Notes under the pieces: model-generated
What the model saw: only the letters and a program-made list of their open reading frames with translations
Databases searched by the model: none
What the model was told of the DNA's origin: nothing
IMG/VR virus record: IMGVR_UViG_3300035670_000139
Length of the DNA: 64,000 nucleotides
Reading direction: 5' to 3' (one strand)
Source: a virus
Lineage: Duplodnaviria; Heunggongvirae; Uroviricota; Caudoviricetes
Made by a program: the position numbers and the translations under genes
Part shown: in pieces, positions 31,157 to 41,224 of the stretch
Layout of the letters: each line of letters opens with the position of its first letter
Position numbering within the stretch: position 1 is the first letter of the stretch

Positions 31157-31873
31157 ATGCAAATAGAAAACATTTCTGTATCTAAAATTAAACTTCAAAC
31201 TGGTGATGTTATATTAACTAATTCACGTTTTGGTTTATTTTCTTTAATAATTAATGCGGTAGATTATCTTCTGTATAAAATTAAAATATTAGCAAAGTTT
31301 ATTTTGCAAGGTGTTGGTAATAATATTGAAGTAAATCAATTTTTAAAAATTAGTCATATTGCAAGGATTGGTAAAATTTACTATACTCAAACAAATAAGC
31401 AAATAATTGATTTATACGAAACTGTTGCTATTAACAAAAAATATCCATTTTGGAGTTTTAAACGATGGAGGGGTGGCACTATTAAAACCATAATGTTGTT
31501 AGATAATATACACGATCATTATCACGGCAAAACAATTTATCTTAAGCAACTTAAAGAACCATTGTCTAAAATCCAAATTACAACTATGTGTAATGATTTA
31601 GATTCTCAAGTTGATAAAACCAAAAATGGACTTACAAAATATACTTGGAAATATGTTTTATTGTCCCCATTTGATATTTTTTTCTCTGTTAAAAAACGAC
31701 CAAATAAAGAGACTATAAAACATATCAATTATTGCCAAATGCTAATTAAAAAAAATAATATTACTATTGGTCTAGAGGAAGATTTTAATCAACATAGCGA
31801 AACTCTTGAAAGTCCGCTACAAGAAATAAATAAACCATTTTATAAAAAAGATATTATTAAACTTGTTAAGTAA
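31157..31873 (+). CDS. Hypothetical protein; weak resemblance to permuted papain-fold (YiiX/NlpC-P60-like) amidase
   Basis: LQTGDVILTNSR...ISHIARIGKIYY...INYCQMLIKK loosely fits the GD-h, sHvgIY, yCSelv order of permuted papain-like amidases. Confidence 0.3.
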   Translation: MQIENISVSKIKLQTGDVILTNSRFGLFSLIINAVDYLLYKIKILAKFILQGVGNNIEVNQFLKISHIARIGKIYYTQTNKQIIDLYETVAINKKYPFWSFKRWRGGTIKTIMLLDNIHDHYHGKTIYLKQLKEPLSKIQITTMCNDLDSQVDKTKNGLTKYTWKYVLLSPFDIFFSVKKRPNKETIKHINYCQMLIKKNNITIGLEEDFNQHSETLESPLQEINKPFYKKDIIKLVK

Positions 31874-32691
31874 TGAAAATAGATATTGCAAGTATATTCA
31901 TTAAATGGGTTTTAGAAAAATCTATTAAAGGATTATGTTTTTTATGGAAGAAAAATCCAAATTATATTATTTTTTTTATATTAAACGGCATTCTGACAAT
32001 TGCTGTTTCATGTGCTTTTATGAAGCATTACGATAATAAGAAAAAAACATTAGCATTTTATGCTTATCAAAAAGGACAAAGGGATGTTGTTGACTTAAGG
32101 GAAAAAGAGCAGGTGCTTTTAAAAGATTGTGTTGATGCCGATAATATACATATTTCAAATATTTTTGTTGACACGATTAATATTAATGCTATTAAACAAA
32201 AATATAATGGATTAATTGAGGATGAGTTAGGTTTAAAAGGAAAATATGTTTTTACCATTGCGGAGGTTAATACAAAACACGCTTTATTTTGTTTTAATAG
32301 CATTGCAGATTTACCAAATAATAAACAATATTGTGTATCTAACACTAAATATCTTAATGTTGCGTATCAAGGTAAAATATATAGCGACCCTGCCTTAGAT
32401 CATCTGTTGGATAAGATTATGATAAGTAACAATATATACTCTGAGAATGTGGATATTTTTGCAGACAAGCAACCTTTTTTTGCTAAAATAAAAAATTATA
32501 CAAACTACAAATTAGTAGGTGATATTTTTATTGGTGTTGCATCTTACAAAGATATACCATATTTAATTATAACAATTACTACGACCGAAGGATATAATTT
32601 TTCTTGCAATTTTAACAAGATGTTGTTTGAATTACAATCTTATCAACAAACACAGTTAGATAAATTAGAACAATATGCGGAGCAACTTTAA
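31873..32691 (+). CDS. Hypothetical membrane-anchored protein
   Basis: N-terminal TM segment (IIFFILNGILTIAVSCAF). 272 aa. Confidence 0.45.
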   Translation: MKIDIASIFIKWVLEKSIKGLCFLWKKNPNYIIFFILNGILTIAVSCAFMKHYDNKKKTLAFYAYQKGQRDVVDLREKEQVLLKDCVDADNIHISNIFVDTININAIKQKYNGLIEDELGLKGKYVFTIAEVNTKHALFCFNSIADLPNNKQYCVSNTKYLNVAYQGKIYSDPALDHLLDKIMISNNIYSENVDIFADKQPFFAKIKNYTNYKLVGDIFIGVASYKDIPYLIITITTTEGYNFSCNFNKMLFELQSYQQTQLDKLEQYAEQL

Positions 32692-33395
32692 CGATATTGC
32701 TTTGCAATAGTTTCATTTAAAGCATTTTGCATCTCGGGTATTGCTTTAATAAATTCACCAGTATTACGCTCCCATTTATAAGTATTATTTGGCGTTTCTA
32801 CTGGCTCCCCAATATTTAGTTTATGTTTAAGTGTAAATGCCTGACTTCGTTTATTTGTTTTTAAAATTGTAGAAATAATTTTACCATCTGCATCAATACA
32901 ATGTTTATTATCTTCTAAATTTGCAAGTAAAATTTTCATCACTTTTGCCCCATTTCCATTTTGTTTTTTGTCTTTTATGTCGCTACTTCTGTTTAATATA
33001 TCTAAATGTATTCCTCTTTCTATTTCAAAAGCTTTGTTATTTTTAAGTGTATGAACCATCCATCCACCATTACCAATAAAACAATTATGTTTATTAAGGA
33101 TTTTATAATATCCAATGTTTGTCATTGTGTTGTTATAACTAACATGTTTATAAACTTGACGAATGTAAGCATCTTTAATATGGCATTTAAAATATTTTTG
33201 TAAAGCTGGTAAGTCACAAACATCAACCTCCTCGTTCATGTTTGGTATTAGATATTGTAAAGCTGAGTATTGCATATTTTGTAAAAGCAATTGACGGAAC
33301 AATTTATAATCTTCAATTGAGTGAGTATTATATTTTTGTATCCTGAACTCATTTTTTAAAATATTAAGAAATTCTTTGGTATGTATGTATTGCAT
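32688..33395 (-). CDS. Hypothetical protein
   Basis: 235-aa ORF; first gene of a minus-strand block. Confidence 0.45.
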   Translation of the reverse strand: MQYIHTKEFLNILKNEFRIQKYNTHSIEDYKLFRQLLLQNMQYSALQYLIPNMNEEVDVCDLPALQKYFKCHIKDAYIRQVYKHVSYNNTMTNIGYYKILNKHNCFIGNGGWMVHTLKNNKAFEIERGIHLDILNRSSDIKDKKQNGNGAKVMKILLANLEDNKHCIDADGKIISTILKTNKRSQAFTLKHKLNIGEPVETPNNTYKWERNTGEFIKAIPEMQNALNETIAKQYR

Positions 33396-33597
33396 CTTCT
33401 AAAGCATTAATAACATATAACAAGTCTTCTTCTTGTTTAAAATACAATATAACTTCTTTGCAAGTTAAGTGTAAAGTAAGTGTCAAACCATCTTGCTTAC
33501 AGCTAATATAATCATATAACACAACTGGATATTCTATGTTTTCCATTAGCTCGTTATAAGCTTTAATTCTTAAAATTGGATTTGTTTTATTTTGCAT
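33364..33597 (-). CDS. Hypothetical small protein
   Basis: 77 aa; overlaps both flanking genes in operon fashion. Confidence 0.35.
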   Translation of the reverse strand: MQNKTNPILRIKAYNELMENIEYPVVLYDYISCKQDGLTLTLHLTCKEVILYFKQEEDLLYVINALEDAIHTYQRIS

Positions 33598-34447
33598 AGT
33601 TTTTTAAAAAAACATTACAAATTTGCTGAAAGTCTCTTTTGGACAAATTATAATCTTGTGCTTGTCCTTTAAAATCATTGTGAATAATATGTGGTATTGC
33701 TTCTAATTGTGTTTTAGAAAATTTTACGGCTTCTTTTTCGTGCTCTATAAAAGCTTGATACACTACTGGACACCATTGTTCAATAATGCTATCAATTACT
33801 TTTGCATATTCTTGTATTTCTTTTTGAGCGTGAGGATGGTCACGAAGTTTAATAAAATGCAATAAATTTTTAAGATTTGTTTTGTAATAAAACTCTGTAT
33901 AAGCCCCTACGGACATATTGATACGATTTATCTCTTTTGCTAAATCTATTTTTTCACTATTAAAATAATTATAATTGTCTATAAAATTTTGATTTGTATT
34001 TTTTACAATATTTATAAAAACATCTGCACCTATAGTATCTAGTGCCTCTTGGCTACTGCATTGCTTATTAGTTTTACTTTGTTTTGTTAAGCGACTTACA
34101 TCAGGGATATAAAAACTATCTTTAACCTCAGTATATCTTGCTGATATTTCATTGTAAGACGCCATTCTGTGTCGCATCCATTGTCTTGCAACAAAAATCG
34201 GAGCTTTAATATGCAATTCAATTTCACACATTTCAAAAGGACTTGAATGGTTATGTTTCATCAGATAGTTAATCAATTTAGCATTTTCTTCTTGCGTGTG
34301 TGGTTTATTATTTGCATCATAGCTTACTCTTGCTGCCTTTACAACAGACTCATCACTTCCCATATAGTCAATTAATTTAATAAATCCTTTATCAAGCACT
34401 TTGTGTTCTTTGTCAAGAAGATAGTCTATGTGGTTGTATTTAGACAT
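33587..34447 (-). CDS. thyX: Flavin-dependent thymidylate synthase ThyX
   Basis: ThyX signature RHRMASYNEISARY (RHR-x7-S-x-RY) within ARQWMRHRMASYNEISARY. 286 aa. Confidence 0.85.
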   Translation of the reverse strand: MSKYNHIDYLLDKEHKVLDKGFIKLIDYMGSDESVVKAARVSYDANNKPHTQEENAKLINYLMKHNHSSPFEMCEIELHIKAPIFVARQWMRHRMASYNEISARYTEVKDSFYIPDVSRLTKQSKTNKQCSSQEALDTIGADVFINIVKNTNQNFIDNYNYFNSEKIDLAKEINRINMSVGAYTEFYYKTNLKNLLHFIKLRDHPHAQKEIQEYAKVIDSIIEQWCPVVYQAFIEHEKEAVKFSKTQLEAIPHIIHNDFKGQAQDYNLSKRDFQQICNVFLKNYAK

Positions 34448-34466
34448 AATTTTAATGATAAATATA

Positions 34467-35576
34467 TTAATTGCAAAATAGTTTAGATTTTAAAATATTA
34501 ACTAACCAATTGTCCCAATATTTAGTATCGCACTTTTCTGGAAATGTTGAATTTTTACTTAAATCTTGAACTTTTTCTATTAACTCTTCTAATTTTACAT
34601 TTATCTTATCATCAATATAATGAAATTCCCCTTGTTTAATTTTTAGTAAAAATTCTTTTTCTTGTAATGGATAAATAAGATTTTGTGTTTCATAAATCTC
34701 TTGTAATTGATAACCAGCCCTAAATGCATGATGGATTGCTTTCCAGTCTATATTTTGATTTTGTCTTGCTAATTCAGCTCTTTCTCCAAATTCCTTACAA
34801 AAATGCGACAATGATTTATAAATAGATTCAATATAATCACTTAAATAAAACTTTTTATCAAAAATTTCATAATAAGATTTTTGCAAATCTAATGAATTAT
34901 CTTCATTATAAAATAAATAAGTTTTAGTATATTCTAAATTCGGAATATTTTGTAAATGAAATATAATTTTTGTTCCTTTTACATTAGAATTACCATTAGC
35001 AATAGCTTCTTGATAAGATTTATAAATAGTTGGAACATTTTCTGGTATTGCATTTGTATTGTGAAAGTGAATATGTTTAAGGTATGCTTGAAAAGTCATA
35101 TCTGCTGGAATTTTTTTACTTTCTTCTATTGTTTTTTCACACCATTCAACTATCTTTTTTGCGGTATCTAATCTAGATCCTTTTATAGAGTATTTAGCTG
35201 CTTGCCCTTTGCAATATCCAATATAAGATTTTAAATTCTTAGAATAAAAAAGATGTCTTTTAGCTTTAAGGTCTTCCCAAACATCAGATGTAATTTCTTC
35301 CCATCCTTGTGGGGCATGTAATGTATCTATTGCATAAGTATCTCCATTAATACACAGTTGTATAAAATAATTTAAAGAAAATAATTGGTCATCAATGTCA
35401 GTGTTAGTATTTTTTGAGTGATGATTATTAGTATTATTAGTAATTGTTTTTTGTATTTTTTGCAATAAGTAGTCTTCAAGAGATGGAAGATATATTCCTT
35501 TATAATCTGTATCTGATTTTATTGTATTTGTGCCGTATAAATGAGAACCATGCTTCATTTTCATTAAAATTTTCAT
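34467..35576 (-). CDS. Predicted nucleotidyltransferase (Pol-beta superfamily)
   Basis: N-terminal MKHGSHLYGTNTIKSDTDYKGIY matches the NTase motif hG[SG]-x9-13-[DE]h[DE]h. 369 aa. Confidence 0.45.
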   Translation of the reverse strand: MKILMKMKHGSHLYGTNTIKSDTDYKGIYLPSLEDYLLQKIQKTITNNTNNHHSKNTNTDIDDQLFSLNYFIQLCINGDTYAIDTLHAPQGWEEITSDVWEDLKAKRHLFYSKNLKSYIGYCKGQAAKYSIKGSRLDTAKKIVEWCEKTIEESKKIPADMTFQAYLKHIHFHNTNAIPENVPTIYKSYQEAIANGNSNVKGTKIIFHLQNIPNLEYTKTYLFYNEDNSLDLQKSYYEIFDKKFYLSDYIESIYKSLSHFCKEFGERAELARQNQNIDWKAIHHAFRAGYQLQEIYETQNLIYPLQEKEFLLKIKQGEFHYIDDKINVKLEELIEKVQDLSKNSTFPEKCDTKYWDNWLVNILKSKLFCN

Positions 35577-35722
35577 ATTAAAAATTACTATAAATTTGCC
35601 ATTTTTATTAAAATATTTTTATTTTTTTCAATTAAAGCATTTAGTTGTTCGTCTGTCAATTCTAAATGAATATCATTATTTAACATTACTATATTAAGAA
35701 TATTATTTACAATGCTTTAAAC

Positions 35723-35798
35723 TGGCTCCCTGAGTAGGACTCGAACCTACGACCAAGTGATTAACAGTCACTTGCTCTACCAACTGAGCTATCAGGGA
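35723..35798 (-). tRNA. tRNA-Asn (anticodon GTT)
   Basis: Minus-strand sequence TCCCTGATAGCTCAGTTGGTAGAGCAAGTGACTGTTAATCACTTGGTCGTAGGTTCGAGTCCTACTCAGGGAGCCA. Acceptor stem TCCCTGA/TCAGGGA, D-arm GCTC/GAGC, anticodon loop CTGTTAA, T-arm GTAGG-TTCGAGT-CCTAC, encoded CCA. Confidence 0.8.
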
Positions 35799-35884
35799 AT
35801 AAAACACTTCTACAAAAAAGTGATTAAAGTTTAATTTGCATTTTGTAAAATGTCAAGTGTTTTTCAAAATATTTTAAAAAGTGC

Positions 35885-35913
35885 TTGACATATTTAACTT
35901 TATTACATAAAAT
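35885..35913 (+). promoter_or_regulatory. Sigma70-like promoter: TTGACA, 17-nt spacer, TAAAAT
   Basis: gcTTGACAtatttaactttattacaTAAAAT, located 40 nt upstream of the ORF starting at 35957. Confidence 0.5.
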
Positions 35914-35956
35914 TAAATAAATACTTTTTTTTATATAATATTGTAAATGTTATAAA

Positions 35957-36778
35957 ATGGACAAAACCCCTTTATCTAGTAGCTTTCCTAAAAATTATAA
36001 AGTTGGTATTAACAGAAAGACATTACTTTTTTTACAAAATCATATTATTCAATTAAAACAAACTGATAAATATTATAGAACTTTACTTTTAGCAAATAAA
36101 CAAAACCAACAAGCAACTTTAAGTTTTAATGATAACCTAGACCATTTGTTACTTTTTTTATCACTTTGTATTAAGCTAAAAGGTGAAACTTACCATAATT
36201 TATTTAGCAACAAAAGTAAGCAATTAACACATAAATTACAATATTTTGCAACTCGTATTGGATGTCAAAGGTTGCATAAAGTAAAAAGTAAATTAAGTAA
36301 ATCTACAAATCAAGATATATTATATCAAGAAGATTTAGCAAAAACAAATTTTTCTATTTTAGACATTGTTAATATTTGCAATGCAATACCATTTGTTTTA
36401 AAATTGTATATTATCCCAAATAATAATTTACAAAAAGAAAATGAACAATTATATATTAAAGCACAAGAATATTTTACAGAACCATTAATTTTAACAGACC
36501 TTAATGTAAAAATTTTAGAATATTTTGTCAAATATATGAATATGACTGAGCAATATAGTGCTTATTATACCACATCACGAATACAAAATAAATTAAAAGT
36601 AAGCAAGTCATATTTTGATACAGCTATTAAATCCCATGATAAAAGCAAAAAACAAAGAGTAGATTTTGATTTTTTATGTAAAATGATATATTTGCTAGAT
36701 TGTAATGTAAAATTTACTTTATCTACACCAATGTATTATTACACTTCTAATATATGTAATGCTATTCGTTTTAATTAA
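35957..36778 (+). CDS. Hypothetical protein
   Basis: 273-aa ORF. Confidence 0.45.
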   Translation: MDKTPLSSSFPKNYKVGINRKTLLFLQNHIIQLKQTDKYYRTLLLANKQNQQATLSFNDNLDHLLLFLSLCIKLKGETYHNLFSNKSKQLTHKLQYFATRIGCQRLHKVKSKLSKSTNQDILYQEDLAKTNFSILDIVNICNAIPFVLKLYIIPNNNLQKENEQLYIKAQEYFTEPLILTDLNVKILEYFVKYMNMTEQYSAYYTTSRIQNKLKVSKSYFDTAIKSHDKSKKQRVDFDFLCKMIYLLDCNVKFTLSTPMYYYTSNICNAIRFN

Positions 36779-37373
36779 TATGGAATATAAATTTACTAAA
36801 AAACCTTTTTGTGAAATTAAAATAGATTTTGTAGCAAAAAATAATAAAAAATATACATTATTATTGAATAAAAATACAGTTGATATAATGAGTTTTGAAA
36901 ATAGATGTCTTGAACATTCACATGAATATTACAGTTTATTTGGTAATGGATTATATCTAAATAAAACACAACCTAGTGCTGCTACGCATATTATTAATAT
37001 TCTTCATAATGAAGAAATTATTGCTAGCTGTTCTTTTAATAGGAGGCCGTATAGTGTATCAATAGACTTTGTATATGTAGCGGAAGAACATCGTAAAATT
37101 GGATTATCAACATTATTAATAGAAATGGTTTTAAAGTTAGGATATTATTATAAAGATGTTGACAAATATTTTTTGATTCAAACTTATTGGAATAGTAAAT
37201 TAGCTTTACAATTTAAAAAACATTCTAAGATACAATATTTAGGTAAATCACCAATAATAACTTCTTTGGACGGTAAATATAATTTTAATAAACAGTGGTT
37301 AATTAAAATGGAAGATATTGATTTACATTCTAAATTTTTTGAAAAGAGTTTAATTAATTTTACTGGTTTATAG
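36759..37373 (+). CDS. Possible GNAT-family acetyltransferase
   Basis: VYVAEEHRKIGLSTLLIEMVLK resembles GNAT motif A (R/Q-x-x-G-x-G/A). Confidence 0.3.
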   Translation: MLFVLINMEYKFTKKPFCEIKIDFVAKNNKKYTLLLNKNTVDIMSFENRCLEHSHEYYSLFGNGLYLNKTQPSAATHIINILHNEEIIASCSFNRRPYSVSIDFVYVAEEHRKIGLSTLLIEMVLKLGYYYKDVDKYFLIQTYWNSKLALQFKKHSKIQYLGKSPIITSLDGKYNFNKQWLIKMEDIDLHSKFFEKSLINFTGL

Positions 37374-37379
37374 TTTAAT

Positions 37380-37712
37380 ATGCAAGATTACAACTTAACT
37401 TTAATCCATCGTAGTAATTACTGCTTTAAAGGATTTCATATCTTTACATTAGTTTTGCAAGATGCAAAAATACCATCTGTAATTGTAAAAATTGACCGCA
37501 TGTTTCATATTACTGATTTAGATAATCAGCCTGTAAAAGAATTTGTTAATTTTTATCAAAATTTTTGTAATAGGAATTATGGTAATTTGTTTAAATTAGA
37601 GTATAATCAGTTAAACAAATATTTACATGTTTATCAAAAAGATGCAGATACTTTTAATGTTTGCGACATTGGAATAACCGATGCTTTTAATGCAAAGACA
37701 AGTAATATTTAA
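37380..37712 (+). CDS. Hypothetical protein
   Basis: 110-aa ORF. Confidence 0.4.
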   Translation: MQDYNLTLIHRSNYCFKGFHIFTLVLQDAKIPSVIVKIDRMFHITDLDNQPVKEFVNFYQNFCNRNYGNLFKLEYNQLNKYLHVYQKDADTFNVCDIGITDAFNAKTSNI

Positions 37713-37723
37713 TTATTCATTTT

Positions 37724-38251
37724 TTGATTATGCTTACTTTATTACTAGCAATATATGTATTTACTTTTGTCTATATTAAGCTTTTGCAAATAAAAAATCA
37801 AAAAGTTAATAGAACTTTACAAATAAAACAGGGAATTGAGAGTGCTTCTTTTAAAATTGGCAATTTGCTTCCGAGCGATGAAAATTATCAGCAAAAACTT
37901 TTTCAAATTGTAACGAAGGAGCTAAGTCCGTCTCTTGGCAGGTTTGCAATATTTTATCAACAAGGGATGCTAAACAAGGCTTTAGCATCACATATAGCAA
38001 GGTTTTTGTATAAGTCTTTATATATAGAGATATCGCATTTTGCAGTTTATAAAAAATTTGATTGGTATACTTTTGAAGAATGGACAAATATTCTTCACGA
38101 CGAAAACACAGATAAAGAGAAGCAAAAAAAATTTACAGAAGAACAAGAGGTTTTAAAAAAGAAAAAAGACGATTTTTTAAAAACAACCTTCCCAGACTTT
38201 TACGATATAATATGTGAATTGCGTAAAAAAAACAAAAAAGATTTTTTTTAA
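37724..38251 (+). CDS. Hypothetical membrane protein
   Basis: N-terminal TM helix (MIMLTLLLAIYVFTFVYI) and a charged C-terminus. Confidence 0.4.
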   Translation: MIMLTLLLAIYVFTFVYIKLLQIKNQKVNRTLQIKQGIESASFKIGNLLPSDENYQQKLFQIVTKELSPSLGRFAIFYQQGMLNKALASHIARFLYKSLYIEISHFAVYKKFDWYTFEEWTNILHDENTDKEKQKKFTEEQEVLKKKKDDFLKTTFPDFYDIICELRKKNKKDFF

Positions 38252-38260
38252 ATACAAACT

Positions 38261-39793
38261 ATGCAAGATAAAATCAACAAAGTGTTTAATGTAAATAACA
38301 TTGAATTTCTTAAAACATTACCAGAGAATAGTATTGACTTATTATGCACCGATGTCCCTTACGGATTACACGATGGTAAGTTAAGTGCTTTAGAAATGAT
38401 TTTTGAAGGTAAAAATAACACAAAAGGCTTTTGCAATAAAGAATGGGATGTTTTACCTACAATTGAAATGTTAAGTGAATGTTATAGAGTTTTAAAAGAA
38501 GGCTCGTTTTTTGTCACAACTTTTACTGCAAGGCAAGATTTGAATGCAGTTTTTCTTACAAGGTTAATGCAAGCTGGATTTAATGCTTCTTTTGCTCCGA
38601 TGCAATGGTGTTATACAAGTGGCTTTATGAAAGGTTTAAATATAGCTAAATCAATTGATAGAAAATTTGGTGCCGAAAGGGAGGTTTTAGGACATTATAT
38701 TGCACCAAATGGTAAAGAAAAACAAAATAATAGTGATAATATTTTTACTAAAGGTGCAGAAATCTTACTAACTTCCGACACAACAGACGAGGCAAAATAT
38801 TGTAGCGGATTGTATTCTTATAGCTTTAAACCTGCAAATGAACCGATTATAATAGTCCAAAAACCATATAAAGCTAAATCTTTAACACAACACACTATAG
38901 ATTGGTATAACGAAAGACAAGAATATCTTAAACAAGGCATTAGTGAGACAGATTTATGTTTTTATACAAAAAAACATAGCGGTGGGGCAAGAGTTAATGG
39001 GAATGATATGTTTGATAGTGCTTTTTCAAGCAAAATACCTGTTGAAAATGAAACATTGAGTGCAGGAGGTAGAGGTAATCATACACTAGGTGAAAATTAC
39101 GGCTATAAACAACAAGGTGATGTAAATATTGATAATCTTGCAAGATGCCCTGCAACTATCTTAGTAAGTGATAATTGTTTAGATAGAGGCAGGGAAACTA
39201 AAGGAACTGGCAGAAATAGTCAAGTAATAAGCGGTGGTTTTGCTACAAGCCATAAATATGCACCATCAAGTGATTTAAAAGATAGCGGCGATTTATCAAG
39301 ATATTTTTCACTTGATTTATGGACTAAAAAACACTTGCCCGAGTTATACAAACTGAGTAAAAAATGCTTACAATTAGAAGGGGATATTAAAAACACTGGT
39401 GATTTTTTGTTTGTTACTAAACCTGATGTAAATATCAAAAGTGTTGGGTTGGAAAATAACAATAACTTGAATACACATTTAACTTGCAAACCGATAGATT
39501 TGTTTTGTTATTTAGTCAATATTTTTAGCCACCCTCACGATATTGTCCTTGACCCATTCTGTGGTAGCGGAACGACTTGTATTGCAAGCACTTTAATTGA
39601 TAGAAAATACATCGGATTAGAGCTTAGTAAAGAATATGCTGAGATTGCAACACAAAGAATTGCAGGATGGGAAGTGTCAAAAGACATTATTACTAAAAGA
39701 AAAAACGGGCAAAGTGCAAATGAAACGATGCAGGAGAGTAAGATTGTAAAAAACAAAGAAGATTTAAAACTTAATCAAGATTATTTGTTTTAA
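38261..39793 (+). CDS. DNA methyltransferase, beta-class (N6-adenine or N4-cytosine)
   Basis: Motif IV DVPY (LLCTDVPYGL) near the N-terminus and motif I FxGxG (DIVLDPFCGSGTTCIAS) near the C-terminus, the beta-class order. 510 aa with a long target-recognition insert. Confidence 0.8.
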   Translation: MQDKINKVFNVNNIEFLKTLPENSIDLLCTDVPYGLHDGKLSALEMIFEGKNNTKGFCNKEWDVLPTIEMLSECYRVLKEGSFFVTTFTARQDLNAVFLTRLMQAGFNASFAPMQWCYTSGFMKGLNIAKSIDRKFGAEREVLGHYIAPNGKEKQNNSDNIFTKGAEILLTSDTTDEAKYCSGLYSYSFKPANEPIIIVQKPYKAKSLTQHTIDWYNERQEYLKQGISETDLCFYTKKHSGGARVNGNDMFDSAFSSKIPVENETLSAGGRGNHTLGENYGYKQQGDVNIDNLARCPATILVSDNCLDRGRETKGTGRNSQVISGGFATSHKYAPSSDLKDSGDLSRYFSLDLWTKKHLPELYKLSKKCLQLEGDIKNTGDFLFVTKPDVNIKSVGLENNNNLNTHLTCKPIDLFCYLVNIFSHPHDIVLDPFCGSGTTCIASTLIDRKYIGLELSKEYAEIATQRIAGWEVSKDIITKRKNGQSANETMQESKIVKNKEDLKLNQDYLF

Positions 39794-39794
39794 A

Positions 39795-40601
39795 ATGTTA
39801 AACCAAATTGTAAATGATGATTGTTTAAATTGGTTTAAAACAATTGAAAGCGGAACTGTTGATTGCATTGTAACCGATCCACCTTACAAAATTAAAGCAG
39901 GTGGAGTGACTGTAAAGCATGATGTTGTAAAAACAAATTTAATGGGTGGTATAATGGCAAAACAGCGAAATATCATCAGCACAAGTAAAATTGGAGACAA
40001 ATGGGTTAGAGTTGATGGAGTTATCCCAAGTGCGGCTAAAGATGGTAAAATGTTTGAATGCAATGATATTTCATTTAAAGAATGGATGCCAGAGTTATAT
40101 AGAGTTTTAAAAACTGGAACACATTGTTATGTAATGACAAATGCTAGCAATTTACACGAAATGCAAAGTGAAGCAATGCAAACTGGTTTTGTATTGCAAA
40201 ATTTACTTGTTTGGGACAAAGGCAATGCGACACCAAACAGGTATTATATGCAAGGTGCAGAATTTATTTTAATGCTTTCTAAGCGACCAGCACGGAATAT
40301 CAACGATATGGGAAGTAGCACTATTTTAAGATATAATAATATTATCGGTAATAAAATACATCCAACAGAAAAGCCAGTTGACTTATTAACACATTTAATT
40401 TGCAACTCAACAAAAGAAAATGATATTGTATTAGACCCGTTTGCAGGAAGTGGTAGCACCGCTATTGCTTGTTTAACAAATAATAGGCAATTTTTAACTT
40501 GTGAAAAAGATGTGAAGTTTTTTAATATTGCAAACGAGAGAATAACAAACTTTACTAAATATTACAGTTACTCTAATAATAATCAAGATTGTTTGTTTTA
40601 A
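39795..40601 (+). CDS. DNA methyltransferase, beta-class (N6-adenine or N4-cytosine)
   Basis: Motif IV DPPY (VDCIVTDPPYKI) and motif I (DIVLDPFAGSGSTAIAC). 268 aa. Start is 2 nt after the upstream methyltransferase stop. Confidence 0.85.
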   Translation: MLNQIVNDDCLNWFKTIESGTVDCIVTDPPYKIKAGGVTVKHDVVKTNLMGGIMAKQRNIISTSKIGDKWVRVDGVIPSAAKDGKMFECNDISFKEWMPELYRVLKTGTHCYVMTNASNLHEMQSEAMQTGFVLQNLLVWDKGNATPNRYYMQGAEFILMLSKRPARNINDMGSSTILRYNNIIGNKIHPTEKPVDLLTHLICNSTKENDIVLDPFAGSGSTAIACLTNNRQFLTCEKDVKFFNIANERITNFTKYYSYSNNNQDCLF

Positions 40602-41224
40602 AGTGATTTTAAACGATTTGCTATTCTAGCTTTTTTTAAAGATGTTTTATTTTTTTGCAGAACATCGTCTAGAATACTTACTTCTTGAGCATTGCCTAAG
40701 TTAGTTTTTTGTTTAGGTCTATAAATATTACAAGGTTTCTTTTTTGTAGTTTCAATAATACGATGTTTAATGTCGTGATTTTGTATTGTTGGCTTTGACT
40801 CTATTGTTTTTGATGTTTTTATTGTGTCGCTGCCATCAGTTATTATTCCAGTAGAAGGTATTTCTCTTGTATAATCAATAGATAGTTCTAATTTTTTAGA
40901 AGTTAGTTTTTTTAATGTTTTTGTTTTTTGTAAATTATCTTGTATAGCCTGTTTTTCTCTTTGTGCTTTTTCTTGTATTAGCAAATCATTTTCAATAGAT
41001 TTTTTTTGTGCTTCTAAAATCTTTGCATTATCTTGTATTTGTTTTTCTTGTAATGCAATTTGTGCTTGCAATTTAGTATGTTTTTGAGTAGTTGCACCCA
41101 TTTTACCATTTAAAGCATTAATGCAAGAGATAGAATAGTTTTTACATAAAACCTCAACCTCGTTGTGAAATTTATTCATAAGTTCATTTAGCTTGTTAGC
41201 AAAGTTATCTTTGTTTATTGTCAT
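40598..41224 (-). CDS. Hypothetical coiled-coil protein
   Basis: 208 aa, Gln/Lys-rich heptad-like sequence. Confidence 0.45.
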   Translation of the reverse strand: MTINKDNFANKLNELMNKFHNEVEVLCKNYSISCINALNGKMGATTQKHTKLQAQIALQEKQIQDNAKILEAQKKSIENDLLIQEKAQREKQAIQDNLQKTKTLKKLTSKKLELSIDYTREIPSTGIITDGSDTIKTSKTIESKPTIQNHDIKHRIIETTKKKPCNIYRPKQKTNLGNAQEVSILDDVLQKNKTSLKKARIANRLKSL

